A program made the position numbers and the translations under genes. This document shows, in pieces, positions 14,032-26,600 of a stretch of 64,000 bases of DNA. Position 1 is the stretch's first letter, and the number at the start of each line of letters is the position of its first letter. The stretch spans positions 744,001 through 808,000 of the forward strand of contig ML978121.1 in the NCBI GenBank assembly GCA_010015805.1. Reading direction: 5' to 3'. The notes beneath the pieces were generated by a model that saw nothing but the letters and a program-made list of their open reading frames with translations, was not told where the DNA came from and did not search any database. Source of the DNA: Rhizodiscina lignyota (taxonomy: Eukaryota).

Positions 14032-14934
14032 ATGTCACGGACAACCCAACGGCTAGTGGACGAGACTGACTCCAATTGCACGTCTCCACCTGTGGTTGAG
14101 AAAACAAACGAGGATGTCGTTCGTTCCATACCTGAAGTATACGTGACCCAAGAGAGGTTATCCTTTCTGCAGAGCGAGGATGAGCCGCCCATTACACATA
14201 CCGGTAGGTGATCTGTCAATGTTACAAGACGAGAGTACTGAGATACTCTCCAGGAACCGCTCGGGCAAACAAAGCAGTATCTACCGACAGTCCCCATGGC
14301 ACGACAAAAGATAATTGGGCAGAGCGTAATAAAGGCCGAACCGTTCTTCAGCAGCACTGCCTCTTTTTCGACTCCGACGACGACGGAATCATCTGGCCTA
14401 CAGACACATTCCATGGCTTCCACAAGTTGGGCTTCGGCATTCTGCTTTCTCTGGTGGCTGTCTTCATCATCCACGCTAATTTCTCATACCCTACCTTACC
14501 CACAATCCTGCCTGACCCGTTCTTCCGTGTGCACTTGCGAAATATACACAAAGACAAGCACGGCAGCGATTCCGGGGTGTATGATCACGAGGGTCGCTTC
14601 ATGCCGCAACATTTTGAGGACCTGTTTTCGAAGTACTCAAGTGATAAAGATTACTTGACGATATGGGACGTGACCAAGATGATGAAGGGTCAACGATGTA
14701 TTGCTGATCCTATCGGCTGGGGAGGAGCCTTTTTCGAATGTGAGCAGTATTGATGTTGTTGCTAAATGTCGTGCAGACCTACTGATTGCAAACTCAGGGC
14801 TCGCTACATACATCATGTTGTGGCCAGAAGACGGGAAGATGAGGAAAGAGGATATTCGAGGAATTTATGATGGAAGTGTATTTTTCACTGTTGCGGCGAG
14901 ACGCGCAAGGAACGAGCGCTCCGTCAAAAATTGA
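14032..14934 (+). CDS. Caleosin / peroxygenase
   Basis: LQQHCLFFDSDDDGIIWP (His plus EF-hand), hydrophobic segment with proline knot PTILPDPFF, NIHKDKHGSDSG, and FFEW formed across a splice. Introns 14204-14253 and 14740-14797. Confidence 0.93.
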
Positions 14935-15810
14935 TGTTGAGTCACGTGTGGGCCCCTGAAGTACGATAACGCGAATGTATTCAGAGCGATTACTTCTTGC
15001 CCTCCCATGTATAGATTATCTTTATCCGTTTTTTTTTACCGCGTATCGATAGGAGACGCTTGATCGCCCCATCCAACGCTGGCAGGGGGAATGTCTTGAA
15101 AATTGGGATCTGCTGCAAGCTTTACATTCAGGGAAGGTGATTTTAGCAGGGCGATCCATTGTGAAAAATCGGGCGTTAAGGGAGCACGCTTTATGAGCAG
15201 AAGCATCGAATAAGTATGGTATGCAGCTTAGAAGGACATGCAATTTGATAGTTGAAATGCGCCTTCTCAATGTGCATTCTGATAGCAGCCCACGCGAGTC
15301 ATTTTATAATACCACACCTATTTGGTTTTTTATCCTACTAGAAGTGTGTCGAGATCGACGCGCTGCATAAACCAGTGAGGTTATAAAAACGTCATCAGGA
15401 CATGTTGCATGCCATTGTGCCATGTGCTTGTGATCATCCATGCCCGAACTCCTAAAACTTACACCTGCCGCGACAGAAAGCACTGGAATCGGGCAGTGCA
15501 GTGCCACGAAACCCTAGCTGATTGCTTAGAATCTCTCGTGCTGGCTATCTCGAAGAAATTAGCATGATTACGCTGTCGTGACCGGATTTCGATAGAGAGG
15601 AAGCAGGGCGAAGCCCCTTGTCGCCCATCGTACTCTCTTCTCGTAGCCATTTCTTCGTTCTTATATATCTACGCAAGCGCAATGCATCTCTCGCCAAAGC
15701 TACAAATCCTTCAAAGACGCGCGCATTCCTCTCTCGTACTATAAGCTTGTGTATTACACCAATTTCATCTATTGCGACAGCCATTCTTGTCAACAGACGG
15801 AGTAGCAGCA

Positions 15811-16414
15811 ATGTCTACAATTAGTGAAGTCATCATCAAGGACCACCGCCAGCTCGAGCAATATTACAACAAGATCCTCGCAAGCTCTGACCATGACCAT
15901 CAAGTACGGTTCGGCAATCAGTTTACATGGGAGCTTGCTCGCCACTTCGTAGGGGAGGAACTCGTCGTGTTTCCTGCATTCGAAAAGTACCTGGACGGTA
16001 AAGGCCACGAAATGGCCGAACACGATCGTAGTGACCATCAACTGGTGAGCTGAAATAAACTTCAAGGCACTTAATGAATCTAACGTCACGTAGATCAAAG
16101 AGCTGCTGAAGTCATTTCAGAACATGAAGCCCACAGATTCCAACTACGTAGACAGACTGCAGGGTCTCTGGGCTATGCTTTCGCAACACATCGAAGATGA
16201 AGAGAAGAACGACCTACCAGCTCTCGAAGACGCGCTTACGACGGTCGAAAAAGCTTCCTCATCCATAGCAAAAAGCTTCGGGAGGGCTAAAGCATTTGTA
16301 CCTTCCCGCAGCCACCCAATTGCTGGAGAGAATCCCCCGTTCGCAACTGCCGTTGGCCTTCTGTCCGCCCCAATCGACCGTCTTACAGACATCTTTCGAA
16401 AGTTTCCTGATTAG
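15811..16414 (+). CDS. Hemerythrin/HHE cation-binding domain protein
   Basis: DHRQLE, FTWELARH..GEELVVFP, DHQ, HIEDEEKNDLP and FVPSRSHP..GENPPF. Intron 16045-16093 joins the two ORFs in frame. Confidence 0.9.
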
Positions 16415-16689
16415 TCATAATCCATCGACAAGGCGACTACACCGCATGGCAAAATGAGGAATGTCCTGCTTGCTTGGAGCGATCCCGCGGCCGAAGTACA
16501 ATGTACAGGCTGCGGATGCAGAGACGGAAGACTCGATGACGGTGGCTCCTCTACCATTAATCCAATCATCAGTTCTCGGAAGACCCTCAACCCTTTGGCC
16601 AGTCTCTGGATGCCGGCTTTCTGATATTCGGGAAATGCCTTTGAGGAGATAGCTTAATGTGTAATGATAATACGAAGAAGCTAATTTCT

Positions 16690-17300
16690 CGCGAGTGTAT
16701 GGAAGCTACCGCAGCGTCTCTTTCCCATGATAGTGAAAAGTAAATCTTCCAAGGCGGACCTAGCGAGCTACTCTCTCACAAGCTGGAATGTAAACTCACC
16801 AACGTGTGGCAGCCTCTTGGCATTGCCGAAGGCGACTGCAATAGAGCGGCTGTGTAGACTGTTCGTTCGGGGGAAACTAGCTCCTTCGAATACATATCAG
16901 TCGAAAGGTTTAATCAGGTAGGGTTCTGGTGGATCAGCTGCCCATGCGAGGCACTCTGCAAAGCGTCGCTTCATATGCAGGAATCTTCCGCGCTCATGCG
17001 GACCTCATCAACCCAGTATTGCCTCTGCATTTTCTTGGTCAAGAAATAGCGGAAAGGCCCTTGTTTGCCCATCTCTTCACTCACCATTCGCCCTTCAGAA
17101 ATCTCTGGTACCAGCCAGTCATACCATTTGAACTTCTTCGTCGCTGCCAGACCCTCCAGGGCCCCACCAATGCCACCAGCAGAATCTGAAACTCTTTTGT
17201 CTCTTGCCAATGCCCTTAATCGAGAGCGGTAGGCGATTGGCGACTACGAGGACTGTGGGATCCGTCTGATGTAGGTCGACTCGGCCTTGGAGATTGAGAA
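16690..17300 (-). pseudogene. Degraded trehalose-6-phosphate synthase (TPS1-like, GT20) remnant
   Basis: The minus strand reads VLVVANRLPLSIK (17253-17215). After a frameshift it reads SAGGIGGALEGLAATKKFKWYDW, then ...RRFAECLA and FHYHGKE../CGSF in shifting frames. This is collinear with the recalled Tps1 N-terminus (LLVSNRLPITIK..SSGGLVSGLSGL..FQWYGW). Multiple frameshifts, stops and deletions. Confidence 0.7.
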
Positions 17301-18583
17301 AGGGAGGTCTTTAATGCTTGAATACCGTCGAGATGTCAACGATTGATAATCGGCACTATGGATGCATTGGGGTTACATAAATAACATGCAGACGAAACTA
17401 GGGAACTAGGCTATCGGGAATAATTTTTCAATGATGATAAGAACGAGGTCAGACTTACCGTTGCCATTGCTATCTGCTCAAGGTTCTTAATTCGCATTTC
17501 GCAATGACGTCTTCCCACACAGAACGCCGTAAAGTGGCATGATCTAGGGCCAAATGCACGTGTATCACTGGGATTATACTTGGGTATGCATGATTTGAGC
17601 GAAATAAATGGAGATGGCAGCGAAACCATTGGAGGGCACGTTTGATCGAGGCCTTGCGAGATGATAGTCTTTGCCTCAAGATCCGCCGAATGGAAAAAAC
17701 GCCGTGTGATCTCGCATTACACTTGCCAAAGAAGGTATCAGCCGCAAGTTTGAGAACGCTTGGCGGCGCATTCGCCTCAAGACAGACCCCACCACCTGCA
17801 TATCATATGTACATGGCGACGCGAACAGCGACTCTCGTACTCGCGCCTCATTCTTGGCGTGCCAAGACAGACAGGGATATCAGATGTCTTCACGTCGTCG
17901 TTGGAGCTGTTTCTTCTATCCAACAAACATTTGTCACTCTTACGCGGACAGCGCTGAGCAATATGCTCCATTGTCACTTATTGGCCGTACCCAGTGCCAC
18001 GTTCAGGCACTCTCCTCCTATCGGACCCTGTGTCGTCAGTTCCCGTTCTTCGCACAGCATCAGCTCCAGGGTCCCAGCTTGTAGATCGCATGTCGTGCGC
18101 TAGGAGTTGACTCCGCTTCTCTAGAAGAACGACGATTGTTGGTTCGACTCCTCGATTTCTTTTCTAAAGAATAAATCTCTCCACATTCTAGGAACCCTCC
18201 CACTCTAGCCGACTTGTAGCAGTCAGTACTAGAGGGGTCATATGCTGAGGTAGGTGCAGAGGGCCAAATAGAGAGATGAGGACTAAGGGATGTCTACTCC
18301 GTAGGCCGGTTGATTTGGTAAGTAAGGTTTGATGCTCTTTGTTTGTCGCCATGTTCCGCGACCTCAGTCCCAAGGATCATCGGTTAAGTAGGAGCCATTT
18401 CAGGTCCTTGTAGCCGGCTCATACTATGTAAAGCTCTATTCCTGCATTTAATCGACCTGGCACAACCGCAGAGTTTGATAGTGGCTTCATCTTTTGCAAC
18501 TGGAGCGCGTCAAGCGACCTCGCCTCGTACACTTCGTCTTATCGGAACATCTTTATCGACGACCGCGATCGACAGCGAATGCA

Positions 18584-19512
18584 ATGGAACAGATCGAGAC
18601 AGAAACATCCACATTCGAGGAACAATACGACGTACAACATCAGTTAGGCATAGGTCGTTACGCTAGAGTATACCGATGCGTGGAAAGGTCGTCAGGATCG
18701 GTCTACGCCGTGAAATGTTTCGATAAGATTCAGATGGCAAAGGCGACCCATCATTATATGTGCCCTTATCGGGAGTTCACTGTGATGATGAGTTGCAAGC
18801 ATCCAAATATTTTAGACGTTCACGGTATCCTCTACGACGACAAAACCTCTTATATTGTTATGGAATATGCTCCAGAAGGCTCTCTATTTGACTGGCTCGT
18901 CAGATCAAAAGGTCTGGGTGAGGCTCGCGCCAGAAGGGTATTCCGGCAGATGTGTCGGGGGTTGGAGTATTTGGTAAGTGCCAGCAGACTTTCACATGAT
19001 CATTGGTTTGATTGAGGGACTGATGTATGAAGTAGCACGAACAGGAAGTCATTCACCGAGATATCAAGCCGGAGAACATTCTGGTCGTCAATAAGCAGTT
19101 GGACGTCAAAATTTGCGACTTCGGGCTAGCGCAAGCGATGCATTCGGACGATGCTGCATCAAAGCAATACGGCACCCGCGAATATATGGCACCAGAACTC
19201 ATTGTGCGCTCAGGTGACTACCGATATACCTCAGCTGTCGACGTCTGGGCATCCGGAGTTGTACTCTACATTTGCCTCTGCGGCTTCAAACCATTCCGCG
19301 ACGAGCTATGTTCCGCCGACTTTCCGTACAGGACGGTAGAGCAGATCCAGCTGGGGTCCTTCACATACCCGGGGCCCGTCTGGAGCAATATCAGCGATTC
19401 AGCGTTAGATCTGGTTAATCGCATGCTTGTCGTCAACGTCGACCGGAGGTTAACAATAACTGGCTGTCTTCAGCACCCGTGGACGGTGTATGAGCCACTT
19501 AGTAAAGCTTAG
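18584..19512 (+). CDS. CAMK-group Ser/Thr kinase, Chk2/Cds1-like catalytic domain only
   Basis: LGIGRYARV, YAVK, HPNI, HRDIKPEN, DFG, YMAPE, YICLCGF.PF.DEL and ALDLVNRML. Intron 18974-19035 joins in frame. Confidence 0.88.
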
Positions 19513-20306
19513 TGGTTGTAGTCACCACAATCATTATGCTTGCGATACAGCTCATGGTAGGTGCTGGGTATTTGAAATCGCTCTTAGCCGCTCCGAATCG
19601 GAACGTTGTCGGCCGTGCATTGATGAAGAGCGTGAGGTAAGCATATCTCTGTGTACATGCGAGCCGTGTATTTTCATTGCTGGCTAAGGCTCACAGTAGC
19701 AGTTTCCTGCGTCGGCAATGGAGCATTATTTTATGAGCTTGGTCTTGCCAGACCTCGTACGATCATGGCAAATTTGGAGGGACGTCCAGCGGAACCTCAC
19801 CTTATGTGTTCGAAGCTGCATGGCGGCGACACGTCATACGAATTCTGCTCAACCAGCGCTCATGAATCTTGTAGGAGAGGCAATTACCACACTACACAGG
19901 ATGGAGTCGGATTTTACGTGGAGGGGAGTATCTTCCTCTATTTCAAGACTTGAAACGATGGATAGTCCCTGGTAATAATATTCTACGGAAGCATATTTGA
20001 TATTCGCAACGGAATGCTGAGGCAGGAGTTGAGAGTTCGGGCGAGGACAGCGAGGCTGTGAGGCGCGTAGTTAATTATAAATCAGTGTCGGCATTGAAGG
20101 TCCTCTTGCAATTCTATGGTTGTCAGTACGATGAACCTCGCGCCGTAGCCGTAGGTAATGGAATTTTGCGAAGCTATCTAAACTCGGTGTGCCATCCAGG
20201 GTATCATATCTAACACATCCAAATCAACTCCGACAACGCCTTAGAGAGTGCAGAGAGCAGTACAACGAACATGGCCCTTCCCCATAGGGCTACAAGCGTA
20301 CACCTA

Positions 20307-20908
20307 TCAATCGCTCTTGTTGAATCTTGTAACATTTACCACCACTGCCGTGATTATGATGCCGATGATGATCGTCAATATAACGAAGAATATTATCAAT
20401 CTCTTTCGCTGCAATTCCCTCGCATTCTTTACACTCCACCCGTATGTATTCCCGTACATGCCGCGATGATACTGCCCTCCCGGGCCTCGTGCTCGAGAAT
20501 CGTCGGACTCCCAGCTCGAAGTCCTGCAAAGCGGCTGTCCCAATTGAGCGTGGCAGTCGCACGTCGCATGACCTGTCTGGATTTCGGCGTTGATGTTATA
20601 TGAAGGCTATCGAGAATGCAGTCAGCTTGTACGTCGGGATCAACGTGGATAGAGGTTGGAATTGGAGAGTTTACCGGGTCTGGAATTCTGCTGATCAGAC
20701 CGCGCGTCTCGCCCATGTGATGACATATCGACGGGCGTTTCACAGGCGGTGTGAGGTTCGCTTCGCGGAAGTGTGAAGAGCGGTGATCGCGTCTTGCCTC
20801 GCGGTATGATGGTGGAGGGCCGGACGGAATTGAAGGAGCCGAAGGAGCGAAAGTGTTTGAAGTATCAGCGAAGGTCGTGCCCATCGGCATGCCCGTTAAG
20901 GTATTCAT
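20307..20908 (-). CDS. Small single-pass membrane protein with two PPxY motifs (2 exons)
   Basis: Intron 20674-20607 (gtaaac..gctgac..atag) joins ORF 20429-20908 in frame to ORF 20307-20543. The product has PPPSY, DPPSY and a C-terminal TM segment RKRLIIFFVILTIIIGIIITAVVV. Confidence 0.7.
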
Positions 20909-21911
20909 CTTGTATTGGTTTATGGAATCTTAATGGAACGAGAGTAGTTGACGAATGAAAGCGCTGCAACAGAAATGATTTGAAAGTGCAATGAGAGGTG
21001 AGTTGAAATTGACAAATCCGAAAGATCGACAAGACACTGTGCTGTTCCTTTATTCAGAGCGGCCTCATGTCCCGAAACAAGGCGCAAGTGTCAGCATGCG
21101 CACTCTGTGATCCTTGGAGTGTGACCATTCCAAAGCCTTATGGCAAGGTTGCTGCGGTTTGCGGCTCTGTTCGTCTGGTCGTCGGCTATGGTGGCTGTGC
21201 TTCCCCATCTTTGGCATATGCGAAGATAAGCCCGCCCCAAAATCGAGAGACAAACAAGCAATGAGAACATGAGAAAATCTGCCTTATGAGATCATCCGTG
21301 GAAACAGTGGGAATTAAGCAATTCCCCTTTCGACGTGGGGCGGTTCGACTTTCCGGTGTGCTGGCACAGCTGCATTATGCCTCGCTGCGAGGTAGAACAT
21401 CACAAGATAAACAGAAACTTGACTCGCACGAGATTGCATCGATTAATTGCAGTAGGAAATTCGTCGCTCGATGGCGTATTTACAATTACAGTTTCTTGGA
21501 TATCCGTTCGAGAGTTCCCACGGCGGTCGCATCAACCGTCACCCGTCCAACTTTTCGAAAGAGAGCGACATTAGAGAGAGACTAAACAATATATAGTTGT
21601 AAATGCATCTTACACAACGTGAATGCGAGGTAGATGAACTGATTTGACCTTCATGAAATACCGTCCGTCCCCCATCCCAGTCCGTACCGAAAACGCCAGG
21701 CGCCATACTCGATGATAAGGAAGAAAGAATAGGTGAGCCGTCGTGGCGTTTGTTGTATGCCCTTTGCAGAAAACCGACTTCCGCCCCTGTCAGCATGTCG
21801 CGCGGAGCGCAGAACTCTGCCAATCAGAGAAAACTCCCTAGCTTATGCACATAAAATCCTCGCAAGCAAACGCGAGTTGTAAAATTAAACGAGTTCGCAA
21901 GAACGTGGCGG

Positions 21912-23660
21912 CTAGTGGTCCATAATCTTCCATCCTTCTTTGATCATGGTTCTTGCAAAGAACAGCGCGCCCAGGATAACGCCAGCTAAGCTGAGACCAA
22001 TTGCGGTGTACCATGCTGAGCGGATGCCGAAGAGTAGGTCACCCTCGTGCGCCTTTGACTTGAGCACATTGACTTCGACTGTGCCCGCGATACCGAGCGC
22101 GATGGAAATTGAATAGTTGACGACCGTGTTGACGAGCGAAGCGGCGAGACCTTGGTGTTCGCGAGGCATATGATTCGATAAAATGACGGTCGCTGCAGGG
22201 AAGGACATGTCCATACCGAATGGCATGACGACGATTGAGACAAACATCTGCGCCCAGTAGGTCTGTTGTGCAGGCTGAGTCGCGGCGATGACAATACCAA
22301 GACAGAACGCGATCATGCTGCACATCATGACGAAAGAGACCGGAGTGTGTGTGAGCAGGAAACCAGTCATACCAGCAGCGATGAGACCGCAAAGGACAGC
22401 TGGAGCATATTGCGCGGCGACGGAGAGCGGAGTAGCATGGCGGATGAGCTCGAGGAATCGAACGGAGTAGAACACCCAGATACCGAAGGAGCCCCAGCCG
22501 ACACCAACCAGGGCAAGGACGTATGCGACGGTACTGGTCATAGTGTGGAGCGGAACAATCGGGAAAGCAGCGCGGCTCTCGACCCAACCAAAAGCGATTA
22601 AGCACAAGAGGCCGATAATGAGCGTGAAGTAGACGTGAGGAGTACCCCAGCCATAGAGCGGACCATTATTCCAGGCAATATTGACGAGGACAAGGCCAGC
22701 AACACCCAGGAAGGAACCAGTAAAATCGAAGCCAGGAGGGTTGGTTGGCTTGTCCTTAAGAGCCCGTGGAATGACCATAAGAGCGAAAACTCCCAGAGCC
22801 CAAGCAGTGATGCCATAGGACCAGAAAGCCCATGGCCACCACAGAATCTGAGCGAAGAAGCTACCGAAAGTGGCGCCAATGACGAATCCAGCTGGCGCAA
22901 GCGCACCGAAGATACTAAAGACAATGTTCTTCTTGATACCCGGAGGATAAGCACGACCGAAAAGGGCAAGACCGTTTGGCATGAGGAGAGCTGGTCCAAT
23001 GCCCTGCAAAGCTCGACACACGTCGAAGAAGATTTGTCGCTTGGGATAAACTGCGAAACCACAGAAGCAGCTCCACACACCGAGCCACGCGTAGCCGAAG
23101 GTGAAGACACGCGCGTGCCCCAAAATGTCGCCCAGTCGACCTGAGATCAGGATGAATGTACCCACAGTCAAACTGTACGCTGCAATGAACCATGACTGCT
23201 GACCAGGGGAGACATCGCCAAAGTCCTTTGAAATGATATCGATTGGTGCGAGAGCTTGACCTAGAGCCGCCTGGGTCATCAAATGCGATACTGCCACGAT
23301 ACCGACAAAGAAGATTTCTCGCATTGTTGACATGCCAATAGGGTCATGAGTCTGGATCATTGGCTGCGAAGGCGAAGGCGGTGTGGTCATGATCTCTGGT
23401 TCGTAACTCCTTGGGTAGCTGGGCTCCAGGAGGTAGCTTCTTGACCGCGCCTGCTTGTACGCAGCGGGGAGGTCAGGAACTGATTCGCCATTGTGGAAGT
23501 CGTACATGCTCTCCGCCGCTATCGATTCTACTCTGCTCTGCAGAGAGATGTGCCGTGACTTGTAGATGGAGTTTTTGGGCGACTCCGTCGCCGAGTTGGG
23601 TATCTTGTAGTCGTCCATGGCGAGCAAAGGCTGGCCGATACTGGAACCGTTATCAGACAT
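21912..23660 (-). CDS. MFS drug:H+ antiporter, DHA2 family, Atr1-like
   Basis: Intron-less ORF with about 14 hydrophobic segments. Motifs WFIAAYSLTVGTFILISGRLGDILGH, RALQGIG and GMDMSFPAAT..QGLAASLVNT. Confidence 0.92.
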   Translation of the reverse strand: MSDNGSSIGQPLLAMDDYKIPNSATESPKNSIYKSRHISLQSRVESIAAESMYDFHNGESVPDLPAAYKQARSRSYLLEPSYPRSYEPEIMTTPPSPSQPMIQTHDPIGMSTMREIFFVGIVAVSHLMTQAALGQALAPIDIISKDFGDVSPGQQSWFIAAYSLTVGTFILISGRLGDILGHARVFTFGYAWLGVWSCFCGFAVYPKRQIFFDVCRALQGIGPALLMPNGLALFGRAYPPGIKKNIVFSIFGALAPAGFVIGATFGSFFAQILWWPWAFWSYGITAWALGVFALMVIPRALKDKPTNPPGFDFTGSFLGVAGLVLVNIAWNNGPLYGWGTPHVYFTLIIGLLCLIAFGWVESRAAFPIVPLHTMTSTVAYVLALVGVGWGSFGIWVFYSVRFLELIRHATPLSVAAQYAPAVLCGLIAAGMTGFLLTHTPVSFVMMCSMIAFCLGIVIAATQPAQQTYWAQMFVSIVVMPFGMDMSFPAATVILSNHMPREHQGLAASLVNTVVNYSISIALGIAGTVEVNVLKSKAHEGDLLFGIRSAWYTAIGLSLAGVILGALFFARTMIKEGWKIMDH

Positions 23661-26600
23661 GATGTGCGACAACAAACAAAGGGAAGAAGTGAATGCAATG
23701 CGCGATGAGGAAGTGGGAAGAGGAAGAGCGTACTTCTGCCCTGCTATGAGTCCGAAGTTTGCTTTTGTTAGAGGTTTCAGGCGGTATTAGGAGAGGAAGT
23801 CGGCACCGTCTGAGCGTCCAGGAGGCCGACGCGAAGGAATTGAGGGTCGAAAGGGCTGGTGGAGATTATGGCAGGTCAGTGCTATTATGGACATCGTCAA
23901 CGCAGCCACGAGCCCCTCTGATCTGTGCCCCTTGACCAGCGCGGGACTTTGGACGCGCCGTTCTCGAAGCATGGCTGCCACGGCCTGCTAATGCGTACGC
24001 AACAAGCTAGGCTGCGCTGAACCAAGGGCCATGGCAAAGGAGTGCAGGCACAGTTAGGACACTGCCGTCATCTGAGCCTGCCGGAGTATGATATTGGGGA
24101 CCCGAAGCAAAACAGCTCTAGACAAGCCAGGCTTGGGCGGATCGGGCACTGCGTCTCAAGCCACGTTGCCGTGCCAGAGCCAACATGCGCTCCCGTGCCC
24201 TGTTTGGCGGGAGGTCTCCAGCGCGGGCGGCTGCCTTTGCCAGTGGGATTTGCGGTGGTTAGGAGAGATGCGTATGTAGAGCAACGTCTCCAGCCTCGCC
24301 TGCCCGCCCCAACTGCAAAGATTGAATGCTGTGACACAGTCCTGCCACTTGGACGACCACGCAGCTCTTCTGTTCAGTTCACCACACGTGGAAATTGCGC
24401 ATGAAGCGCGTGTAGCTAGCGATTTAGGCCTCGCGGATTCTGCACGAAGCGGACAAGTGATTGGGGGTTGAGGTTGCGATCGGCCGGCGCGGAGCCGTGC
24501 TACCTGGCCCCTGTCAGGAACCGAGCATGCCCCTTTATTTATAGGTTTGTTTTCCCCTCCTTTGTTTTAATACCAGGCACCGCGCAGCGTCTCCATCTGC
24601 GACTTGCGCTCCCTGTCCAGCGTCGCCGTTGTCTTCGCCTTTGTGGCACGCCGTATCAATCTCTGTATGCTGAGGCTCAACTCTCTGATGTCGATAGCTT
24701 AAACTCACCTCACTCACTGGGGTCTGACCGGTCCCCGCTGGCCGCGGACGGGAACAAAGGTATATTGATTTGGAACGATTTCCCTGATTCTGCATCTCTG
24801 GGCTGCAGCGCTGCAGGCGATACGAGGGAAGTGAAGCGAGAAGCGCGACGACGTGCCTGGAGCTATGGAGCAATACAGGCACGCCAAGCCCAAGAGACAC
24901 CCTATCCTTGGTCCAGAGCCGGCCAGCCGACTCCACGCGGTCGTTTTAAACTGCTCTACAGGGGGTTTGTCCGATATGAGGCTCCTTTTGTGTTGCTGTC
25001 CGATATTGTTTTGCAGGGTGTCCACTATGAGCCGCACCTCCTCCGGCCTCCCTAAATTAAGTCACCACAGCCTCTGCAAGTTATTTAACCCTTTTCCTGT
25101 CCGCCGGTACTATCGCTACTCATATTCTCCGTCTTACTTTTAGATTGTGAGACGTGAAACAGCTGTCTTGCGTCCGCAAGGCTTATGTATAGCTACAGAC
25201 GCGGATTCTTACGCTATGCCTGATCATTGTCGGGAGATAATGCGGTGGATATAGCCAATACTATGTATCCTCAGACGAACACCAGCTGGGCCACTTTATA
25301 GGGTTGACGAAAAGCACCTGCGAAACGTGGCAAGTCGAGACGCCCATCTAACGGTACCCTTTCGCAAGCGTACCAGCCACAGTTTAAGGAGTGCTTGGGG
25401 CTGGCGACAATTCGACGAAATATTCTTGAATCAACCGCTACTGTAGCTGGTCGAGAAGAGTCTACGATTGCCATGCCCTTACTTTTGGAATTCATCAGCA
25501 GCAGCAATGAATTGTTGAGACGGTTGCATGTGTACACAACCCTTCTCCCCGACTTCGCCTTGGGATTGACCGGGGACGATGTCGCTGTGTAACCGTTCCC
25601 CTGACCAAGACCTACACAACGTTGTGAGCTGTGGAACATCCCACGCCGGAGAATATCATATCTTCTTTCGAGCATCATCACAAGCCTCAAACACCAAGGT
25701 GGAGGTCGTCTAGGCCTTAAATTCTTGTGGCTAGAGATACGTAAAGCTCGAACCTGCCACTCTATTTTCTGCCATCGCCAAACGCCATCCGCATTGATTC
25801 CCGAAACACCTTCTCTGGCGAGGTCTTGGCGATACAGCCTCTCATCCGTCGTGGCTTGTATACATAGATAAAATACAAGATCTTTCTCGTCCTTCCTATA
25901 ACCCCGGGGACTTGAAAAGGCAAATACTGCCTGGAGCGTTTAATGCTCGAGCTGGACCACATAGGAGCCTTCCCCTCCGCCTGCCCCTCTCCAGCTGCTG
26001 GCCTACTGCGTGGCGGGATCCAATTCTTCGTCTCATGCACGCCATGCTTCTACTTTTGGCCCACCACTCGCGCAGTGGCCTCGGCAGAGACATCGTGACC
26101 TGGCTTGGGCTTCATCTTGCAGACGCCGCCAAGCGATGGCCCTGGTGTCGTGCATCGCCGCGATATGTACAGCCGTACCTTCTGTCAAAATCGCCGACAC
26201 GCCGATCTGACATGCAAGCACTTACGACGAGCCTGCGTATAGATGCGCTCGGAGCGGCGCTGGAATAGGCAAGAAACTGCCCCACGCAAGCATGCGTTCG
26301 GCGCGGCTGCGTTATCCTTCGCGAGCGTTCGCTCTGCCGCTTGCTCTACCGTACCGCTGGTGGTTGAGAAGTTGAGGCGGCGAAAGCGTGAGCTGGTAAG
26401 GCACCAGTACATACGAGCTCAATGCATTTACTTGATATGTCAGCTCTTAACAAGGCCAGATATCTCCGTCTTCTATTCTCTCCATCTCTTCCATGCAAGC
26501 TCAGAAGTGTCGTAAAACTTCAACAAAGTCCTGTGGTTAGGACCTCACTGTGCGAAGGCTGCGAGAACGCTTGAGTCAATTGCACCCTCATGTACAAACC

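Noticed and set aside
18141..18151. GGTTCGACTCC B-box-like motif suggesting a tRNA
   Set aside because: The flanks cannot form the T-stem or acceptor stem, so no cloverleaf was found.
19651..19975. Short ORFs downstream of the kinase
   Set aside because: No motif or convincing exon structure.
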